Source: Terriglobia bacterium
Lineage (GTDB): Bacteria > Acidobacteriota > Terriglobia > Terriglobales > Acidobacteriaceae
Direction of reading: 5' to 3'
Length of the DNA stretch: 64,000 bases
NCBI GenBank assembly: GCA_963758275.1
Contig: CAVWUW010000031.1
Location: 183,745-247,744, forward strand
The notes under the pieces are model-generated. The model saw only the letters and a list, made by a program, of their open reading frames with translations. It searched no databases and had not been told where the DNA came from. Made by a program: the position numbers and the translations under genes. Below are positions 57,869-64,000 of this stretch, in pieces. How positions within the stretch are numbered: position 1 is the stretch's first letter; each line of letters begins with the position of its first letter.

Positions 57869-58786
57869 GTGCTGAGGGCGGCGTTCATTTCCCTTTCTGA
57901 GAGCCGCTCCATCCGATCGGCGGCAGAAAAGACCTGGGTTGGCCAGCGGCTGTCACGGCGTTTTGTCGCCGGTACCACAGTGGAAGATGCGCTGGCGGCC
58001 ACACGGGCCATGAACCGGCTGGGGCTGGGAGTGAGCGTCGACAACCTGGGCGAGAACGTCACCAACGCCGATGAAGCGCGCCACAGCGCTCAGCTTTACC
58101 ACCAGATGCTGGACCGGATGGCCGAGCAGGGCGGCGACGCCAATGTAAGCCTGAAGCTCACACACATGGGGCTGGATGTGGATGAGGCAATGGCTTACGA
58201 AATCACGTCGAGTCTGGTGCAGCATGCCGTGCGACTCAAAAGCTTTGTGCGTGTGGACATGGAAGGCTCGCCTTACACGCAACGCACACTCGATTTTGTC
58301 CGGCGCCTGCACGCCATGCCGGAGAACGGCGGCCATGTGGGGGCGGTGATCCAGGCTTATCTTTTTCGCAGCGAAAAAGACATTGAGCGACTGATGGCAG
58401 ATCGCATCCGCGTGCGACTCTGCAAGGGTGCTTACAAAGAGCCGCCGGAGATTGCGTTTAAGGAAAAAACGGACGTGGATGCCAACTACGTGAAGCTGAT
58501 GAAGATGCTGCTCAAGAGCGGCGTCTATCACGGGATCGCCACGCATGATGAGAACATGATCGGGGCGACCATTGAGTTTGCGCAGAAAGAAAGGATCCCG
58601 GCATCAGCCTTTGAATTCCAGATGCTCTACGGCATTCGTCGCGATTTGCAAGTCAAGCTGGTGAAAGAAGGATGGCGCTGCCGGATTTATATTCCGTTCG
58701 GAACGGAATGGTATCCCTACCTGATGCGGAGACTGGCGGAGCGGCCGGCGAACGCGATTTTCATTTTGAAGAATTTGTTCCGGTGA
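57869..58786 (+). CDS. Proline dehydrogenase (monofunctional PRODH type)
   Basis: Shows GLGVSVDNLGE, VRVDMEGS, RLCKGAY.EP, ATHD and YGIRRDLQ..L...G...R.Y.PFG..WYPY..RRL.ERP.N. Confidence 0.85.
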   Translation: MLRAAFISLSESRSIRSAAEKTWVGQRLSRRFVAGTTVEDALAATRAMNRLGLGVSVDNLGENVTNADEARHSAQLYHQMLDRMAEQGGDANVSLKLTHMGLDVDEAMAYEITSSLVQHAVRLKSFVRVDMEGSPYTQRTLDFVRRLHAMPENGGHVGAVIQAYLFRSEKDIERLMADRIRVRLCKGAYKEPPEIAFKEKTDVDANYVKLMKMLLKSGVYHGIATHDENMIGATIEFAQKERIPASAFEFQMLYGIRRDLQVKLVKEGWRCRIYIPFGTEWYPYLMRRLAERPANAIFILKNLFR

Positions 58787-58855
58787 GTTTTACCGCGGAT
58801 TGGCGGCGGATAAGCGCAGATAAGATAGCCGCGAATCAACGCGAAGGGTCGCGAA

Positions 58856-60019
58856 TCATTTCTTTCTCAATTCTTCCAGCGAGTATTTTGTTCCGCGCCA
58901 GGTGACGCCGCGGTCTCTGATGGCCGCGAAGGCTGAGCCCACGATGGCCACGGCAGTCAGGACGGCGCTGATTGGGTTTAGCAGAAAGGTAATCGCTGGC
59001 ACGCCCATAGCTTCAGAGCTCTGGCAATAACGTGCTGCGATCAGGGCCACGGCGACAGCAAAGGGCAGGCGCGACCACCCCGGCGCGATGAACACTCCCA
59101 TAAATGGCCAGACGTTCAGGAAGAGAACTGCTAAGCAGGCAGCAATGACGAGGCTGAAACGGAATTGTAGAAAGGCAAACAGATTCTTCTCGAGATTGCG
59201 CACCAGGCCCATCGCACCATGAATCCAGCGCAGGCTGACGAGATCGCGCCCGATCACAACATCCTGACGGAAGCGCGCTTTCTTGATGGCCTCCCCTAGT
59301 TTGAGATCATCCACAATTTCAAGGCGCAAAGCAGCGAACGTGCCGATGCGTTCATATGTTTGGCGGCGTACCAGGTTGAAGGCTCCGGCGCCCATGAAGT
59401 CGCGTGCCTCCTGATCGCGGACCTTCCACGGCCGCATGACAAAGCCGGCAGCAATCTGAGGAAAAGAGATCATCATGCGTTCACCCCAGGAATGCATGTG
59501 AACGGTGGGAATCAGAACAAGGTGGTCCAGCGAGTTCTTCGTGGCATAAAACATGGCGCGCCGCATGGCGTCGGCGCGGAAAACGCAGTCGGCATCCGTG
59601 AACAGAATCCACTCGCCTGCTCCCTGCTGCGCACCCAGGCACATGGCGTGGGTCTTGCCCAGCCAGCGCGGCGGGAGCTCGCGAACATGGATAACGCGCA
59701 AGCGCGACTGCGATGCGGGCGCCGCGGCGAGGCGGTCGATGATGGCTCCGGTTGAATCGGTGGAGCGATCATTGATGGCGATAATTTCAAGTTGTGGGTA
59801 TTCAAGCGCCAGCAGAGAACGCAACGCCTCTTCAATCTCTGCTTCTTCGTTCCGCGCAGGAACCACGATGCTGAGCGAAGGGAAATTCATTTCGGCAGAA
59901 GGATTCCACTCCGGCCTGGTAATGTCAGCAATGAGATGCCGGTGCAGCGCGGTATCGATGACCGGTACGAGCCAGATCAATGCAAGAGCGACGCCGGAAA
60001 TCCAGCAGAACCAAATCAT
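58856..60019 (-). CDS. Family-2 glycosyltransferase (membrane-anchored)
   Basis: Shows LSIVVPARNEE, INDRSTDSTG and FTDADCVF (a DxD motif), with C-terminal hydrophobic helices. A 4-bp overlap with the upstream MFS gene suggests an operon. Confidence 0.8.
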   Translation of the reverse strand: MIWFCWISGVALALIWLVPVIDTALHRHLIADITRPEWNPSAEMNFPSLSIVVPARNEEAEIEEALRSLLALEYPQLEIIAINDRSTDSTGAIIDRLAAAPASQSRLRVIHVRELPPRWLGKTHAMCLGAQQGAGEWILFTDADCVFRADAMRRAMFYATKNSLDHLVLIPTVHMHSWGERMMISFPQIAAGFVMRPWKVRDQEARDFMGAGAFNLVRRQTYERIGTFAALRLEIVDDLKLGEAIKKARFRQDVVIGRDLVSLRWIHGAMGLVRNLEKNLFAFLQFRFSLVIAACLAVLFLNVWPFMGVFIAPGWSRLPFAVAVALIAARYCQSSEAMGVPAITFLLNPISAVLTAVAIVGSAFAAIRDRGVTWRGTKYSLEELRKK

Positions 60020-61245
60020 GCTTCCTGGGGTAATGCGCGGGACTGGAGACGCGGAGCGAAGCGAGCGCCATAGAGAAAGAACACGGCCGAAAGCGCCGCA
60101 GCCACAAATGCGGCGGTAAAAGCAATGCGCAGCGAGCCGGTGCGGTCAGAGATCCAGCCGATCATGGAAGGTGAGAATGCGTCGCCCAGGGCGTGAATGA
60201 CAAACGTGTTAACAGCAAGAGCGGTGGAGCGAATACCCGCGTTCACGGAGTTGACAACGGCAGTGTTGGACGGGCCGGTGCCGATCAGGAGCATGAACAC
60301 AGCAGCAAAAATGGCGATAAAGAGAAATCTTCCTTCCGCGTAGATGGCGGCAATCATGAGAGGCACGGCGACGAGCATGGCCATGCCGGAAAATTTGTAA
60401 TAGGCGCCGACATCGCGCACCAGCATGCGGTCTCCAATCCAGCCGCCAAGGGCGGTGGCAACCACGCCGTTTACAGCAGCGATCAGGCCGAACATGATGG
60501 CGGCCTTGGAGAGCGACATGTGGTGGACACGAACGAGAAATGTGGGCATCCAGACCTGGAGGCCGCCAACAGCGAAGGTGTACATGGCCATGCCGAGACT
60601 GGCGGTGATGAACGCAGGATTGCGGAAGAGTCCGGTAAAGGTGGAGCGCTGCGGCGATGGATCAGCAGCTTCAGTGCGGCCACGCTCGGGCTCGGGCAAA
60701 AACCAGAAGACCAGCGCGAGAAGAAACCCCGGAATGCCGGCCAGCATGAATGGCACGCGCCAGCCATGATGCTCGCCCAAAGGGCCACTGAGCGCAATAC
60801 CCAGAGCGCTGCCAACGGGCAGGCCAAGATAAAAGATGGAGAGCATGCGGCCACGGCGTTCAACGGGAAATGAATCCGCCACCAGCGCAGGCGCAATGGT
60901 GGCATAGCTGGCTTCACCGATGCCCACGATGGTGTGACGAACCAGGAGTTCAGTGTAGCTATGGACAAGCCAGGTGAGCAGGGTAAAGCCACTCCAGATC
61001 ACGATGCCAAACAGCACGATGTTCTTTCGGGGGAATCTGTCACCGAACCAGCCGACCATCGGCGCAGCAAACATGTAGCAGAAGAAAAAGGCGCTGGTGA
61101 GAATGCCGGTTTGCACGTCATTGATGTGGAATTCCTTCTGGATCAGAGGCTGGACGCCTAATAACGCATTGCGATCAATGTAATTGAGCAGATTGAGTCC
61201 GGTGAGGACCGCCAGCAAGGTATAAGGATACGTTTGGCGCGGCAT
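60016..61245 (-). CDS. MFS transporter (Spinster-like subgroup)
   Basis: N-terminal LLAVLTGLNLLNYIDRNALLGVQPLIQKEF...GWFGDRFPRK, with about 12 TM segments. Confidence 0.85.
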   Translation of the reverse strand: MPRQTYPYTLLAVLTGLNLLNYIDRNALLGVQPLIQKEFHINDVQTGILTSAFFFCYMFAAPMVGWFGDRFPRKNIVLFGIVIWSGFTLLTWLVHSYTELLVRHTIVGIGEASYATIAPALVADSFPVERRGRMLSIFYLGLPVGSALGIALSGPLGEHHGWRVPFMLAGIPGFLLALVFWFLPEPERGRTEAADPSPQRSTFTGLFRNPAFITASLGMAMYTFAVGGLQVWMPTFLVRVHHMSLSKAAIMFGLIAAVNGVVATALGGWIGDRMLVRDVGAYYKFSGMAMLVAVPLMIAAIYAEGRFLFIAIFAAVFMLLIGTGPSNTAVVNSVNAGIRSTALAVNTFVIHALGDAFSPSMIGWISDRTGSLRIAFTAAFVAAALSAVFFLYGARFAPRLQSRALPQEA

Positions 61246-61424
61246 TCGGTTGCGCCATTATACCGGGTGACGAAAACCTTACCGCTGATTACACTGATTC
61301 ACCTGATTCACAATGATCTGGCTTGCTCGATTCGGACCTGCGGCTTTCTTCGGCACTCCATTTCTGTTCGCGTCCTTTCAGGTGAACTCGCAGAATACCC
61401 GGGTCGCATAGTCCATTGACCCGC

Positions 61425-61451
61425 AAAAAAGGCGGCCGATAAAGGCCGCCT
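61425..61451 (-). terminator. Rho-independent terminator of the BNR-repeat gene
   Basis: On the minus strand, AGGCGGCC-tttatc-GGCCGCCT forms a perfect 8-bp stem and is followed by TTTTTT. It lies 33 nt after the stop codon. Confidence 0.7.
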
Positions 61452-61483
61452 CAGTGAGCAATTGCAGCAGTCGGAGTAAGAAG

Positions 61484-63256
61484 CTATTGCAGCGTGCTGC
61501 CACCTGTCTGTTTTACGAAGAAGGTGCGAGCAGCGCCGGTTGGACTCGTAGTGTTCTTGTCGTCGGAATAGATGATCAGGGCTTCGCCATTCAGTCCAAC
61601 GTCCGGAGCAAAGTATTCAGCCAGATTGCGCGTGCCAGCGGCACAGGCTAGTCCCTGATTGCAGATGGGACCAACGTGTATCACGCCGGTGGCGGCGGCC
61701 TGGGTGATGGTTGGAATTGCCTTCGTGGCATTCGCCGATTGAGCGTTGAAAACCTGCCAAGATGCGGTTGTGCTGTTGGCATCAGCGGCGCTGGTTCCCC
61801 AGAAGGCGATGTTCACGTGTCCGGGAGCGCCGGCGCTGATCCAGGGTCCCATGGCCGTCTTGGTGGCTGCCCCATTGTTGACGCGCACCGGAGTGGTCCA
61901 TGAAGCACCCTGGTTGGTAGAGGCAGTCAGAAATACGTTGGCGCCGTTGGAGAACACAACAAAAACATTGCTGGCGCTATCCACGGCTACCACGGGAAAG
62001 ATGTTTGCCAGGTTCGTTCCTGCGGGAGCAGCGAAGACCTGTTTCAGGATCCACGTCTTACCGCCATCGGTTGAGGCCGCGAGCCAGATAATGTTTCCGT
62101 TGGAGCCGATAAACACCGTGTAGACGTTTCCGTTGTTCTGGTCCACGGTGATGTTGCCCTGGTCGCCGGGCTGGATACCAGCTTCAGGGGTGGTGACAAG
62201 CGCAACCTGCGGGAAAGTGATTCCGTTGTCAAAAGACTTGGCGACGAAGAGACTCACCGTACCGTTGGTATCGGCGCCAAGCTGCTTGGTGGTCAGGTAA
62301 AGTTCGCTGTTGCCGTGGGGGGCGATCCATTGGCGGTCCACCAGGGGCAGGTCACTGGAGAAAGGATTCGATACCCAGGTGGTGCCTCCGGTGAAGGAAG
62401 TGCTCTGGGTGGCCGACCCGAGCCATAGAGAACTGGCGTAGACAACTCCTGAAGGGCTGACCGCAATGTCCTCGTCGCCACCGCCCAGACCAACGCCATC
62501 TGCGCCCAGAGCGGAGCCTATTTGCAAACCATCCGGCTGGCCGAGATAGCTGAACGTGTTGCCTGAGTCGGTGGATTTCCAAACGTCAATGCCGCCCGGA
62601 ACTCCTTGAATAGCGGCGACATAGTAATTGCCGAGCACGTCATGCACAATGCGCGGCTCCACATCCTGATCTGAAGAAACTCCAGTACCGCCGTTGTTCA
62701 GCAGATCGATAGGCCGCTGGAGCTCCTGGGGTGCGCTAAACGTGAGATTGCTCTTTTTATAACGGGCATTGCCGGTGCCCAGAGTCGGCTCAGGTGCAAC
62801 GATGGCGGATCCGGTATAAGTGGCATTGGCCACGGTAAACCCAACCACCTGAACGGTGTAAGTACCGGAGGGGAGCTGGCCGCAGTCGGCATCCTCGAAG
62901 GTGGTTTGGCCCTGGCCGGAGGAGCAAATCGTGTTGCCGGAGCCGTCATTCACGTTCAAATCGAAATCATTGGTATTGCTGGCCCAGTTGATCTTCACAT
63001 GCACGGCATACGTGGGATTCGAAGAATAGAAGGTGGACGGGACGTTCACGATGAGAGTGAATGTGTCACAGGTAAGCGTGCTGCAGGCGGCCGGGGTTGC
63101 GGTTGCGCCGGTAAAGGGGCCGCCACTGAAGGAAACGGATGACGTTTGTCCGGCGGCCGGGGTATTCAGATTACCGCTGGACGGTGTAGCGGCGAAAGCT
63201 GGACAGGCTGCGAGCGCCAAGATCAGGGCCAGCCCAAGGACTTGTTTGATATTCAT
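61484..63256 (-). CDS. Secreted BNR/Asp-box repeat protein (sialidase-like beta-propeller) with an N-terminal beta-sandwich domain
   Basis: Has a signal peptide and four Asp-box motifs: STDSGNTF, SFDNGITF, STDGGKTW and STNQGASW. Confidence 0.7.
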   Translation of the reverse strand: MNIKQVLGLALILALAACPAFAATPSSGNLNTPAAGQTSSVSFSGGPFTGATATPAACSTLTCDTFTLIVNVPSTFYSSNPTYAVHVKINWASNTNDFDLNVNDGSGNTICSSGQGQTTFEDADCGQLPSGTYTVQVVGFTVANATYTGSAIVAPEPTLGTGNARYKKSNLTFSAPQELQRPIDLLNNGGTGVSSDQDVEPRIVHDVLGNYYVAAIQGVPGGIDVWKSTDSGNTFSYLGQPDGLQIGSALGADGVGLGGGDEDIAVSPSGVVYASSLWLGSATQSTSFTGGTTWVSNPFSSDLPLVDRQWIAPHGNSELYLTTKQLGADTNGTVSLFVAKSFDNGITFPQVALVTTPEAGIQPGDQGNITVDQNNGNVYTVFIGSNGNIIWLAASTDGGKTWILKQVFAAPAGTNLANIFPVVAVDSASNVFVVFSNGANVFLTASTNQGASWTTPVRVNNGAATKTAMGPWISAGAPGHVNIAFWGTSAADANSTTASWQVFNAQSANATKAIPTITQAAATGVIHVGPICNQGLACAAGTRNLAEYFAPDVGLNGEALIIYSDDKNTTSPTGAARTFFVKQTGGSTLQ

Positions 63257-63298
63257 TCTTTTCCTCCGGGACGAGTACGATGAATTAGGCGAGTTGCT

Positions 63299-63319
63299 GT
63301 TAGTAGTGCTACTACTAAC
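63299..63319. promoter_or_regulatory. Candidate operator: perfect 9-bp inverted repeat upstream of the BNR gene and downstream of a TetR gene
   Basis: GTTAGTAGT-gct-ACTACTAAC, 43 bp upstream of the ATG at 63256. Confidence 0.3.
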
Positions 63320-63382
63320 CTCAATTCAGGAGAAGATGGCAAATTTGCCGGGGTAAGTTGCCTGTGGCGGAAACGGCTAGGG

Positions 63383-63985
63383 TCAGATGGTTGATTCGGG
63401 AGCGGGTTTAAGCAGCCGGGAGACAAAAAGATCAAAAATTGCCCGGATTTCTTCCGAGGTGGAGGAAAAATGGAAGTTGGCGCGCCGGGCCAGAACCTGG
63501 TCGCGAAGCATGCTTTCAAACATCCCGACCAGCGCCGACGTTAAAGCGGCTGGAGAGACTTTTTCCGCGAGAGGGGTATTGGCAATCAGCGCGGTAATCA
63601 CCTGCTCGACAGCAGCACTGAAGCGCAGGTACCCGGAGGTAATCAGGATGTCAGAACCAGAGCCGGCTTTGCGAATGCGGCGACCTTCAAACAGCATCAG
63701 CTCTTTTAGCGCCTGATCGCGCTCCAGAGTCTGGAGCACCAGCTCAAAGATCATGCGGAGTTTGTCCGCGGGTGAAGGCAGGACCTGGACGGCTTGCGAG
63801 ATGAAGTCAAGGTTTTGCCAGCCTTGTTCGAATATGGCTTCGAGCAGACCCTCTTTGCGGCCAAAGTGCTTGATTAGTTGTGATTCGCTGGTATTGGCCT
63901 GGCGGGCGATGACGGCCGTAGAGGTATTTTCAAAACCATGGATCGAAAAGAGGACCTTCGCCGACTTCAAGAGTCGATCCCGCAC
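63383..63985 (-). CDS. TetR/AcrR-family transcriptional regulator
   Basis: The N-terminal HTH reads RLLKSAKVLFSIHGFENTSTAVIARQANTSESQLIKHFGRKEGLL, in 200 aa. Confidence 0.85.
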   Translation of the reverse strand: MRDRLLKSAKVLFSIHGFENTSTAVIARQANTSESQLIKHFGRKEGLLEAIFEQGWQNLDFISQAVQVLPSPADKLRMIFELVLQTLERDQALKELMLFEGRRIRKAGSGSDILITSGYLRFSAAVEQVITALIANTPLAEKVSPAALTSALVGMFESMLRDQVLARRANFHFSSTSEEIRAIFDLFVSRLLKPAPESTI

Positions 63986-64000
63986 CGGGATCGGGGGAGG

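Noticed and set aside
1-64000. CRISPR arrays, rRNA genes and prophage modules.
   Set aside because: No direct repeats of 25-40 bp with regular spacers were seen, and the octamer arrays are too short and have no spacers. No rRNA-like conserved stretches were seen. No integrase, terminase or capsid-like ORFs were seen.

Overview
This 64-kb bacterial chromosomal window has two parts. The gene content loosely resembles a soil Acidobacteriota-type genome, but I cannot verify that here.

(1) Positions 2-29969 are one co-directional, tightly packed plus-strand operon. It encodes a hybrid NRPS-PKS assembly line I cannot match to a characterised cluster, and its 5' end is cut by the window edge. The domain string, read from core motifs, is: [..C]-A-T | C-A-T-KS-AT | ACP-aminotransferase-C | SyrP/TauD-like hydroxylase (frameshifted) | degenerate C-like domain-A-T-E | C-A-T-C-A-T-TE. 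It is followed by an MFS exporter, an MbtH-like protein, a type II thioesterase and the SbnA/SbnB pair for L-2,3-diaminopropionate supply. A flavin reductase plus tryptophan-halogenase-family pair lies just downstream (31146-33366).

The cluster ends in a decayed zone (33367-36084). This holds a gene remnant, an IS630-family element inserted at a CTAG site, a TetR pseudogene and a truncated SDR pseudogene. The zone abuts the 3' end of a tRNA-Leu(CAG) gene (36085-36171), which suggests an island boundary.

(2) Positions 36172-64000 look like ordinary core genome:
- peptidases of families M23, M24 and S9
- a frameshifted OPT transporter and a POT transporter
- yggS and yggU, trxB, and proline dehydrogenase
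- ComF, an HNH endonuclease and an alkyltransferase-like (ATL) protein
- a GT2 glycosyltransferase with an MFS transporter
- a BNR-repeat secreted protein and a TetR regulator

The most notable non-coding signal is a family of 8-nt-periodic repeat arrays (TrAnnnGG). They form a long inverted repeat around a 23S-IVS-type four-helix-bundle gene and reappear as an ORF-less 100-bp hairpin. No CRISPR array or rRNA gene was seen. All family calls come from motif recognition by eye, and no database search was run.
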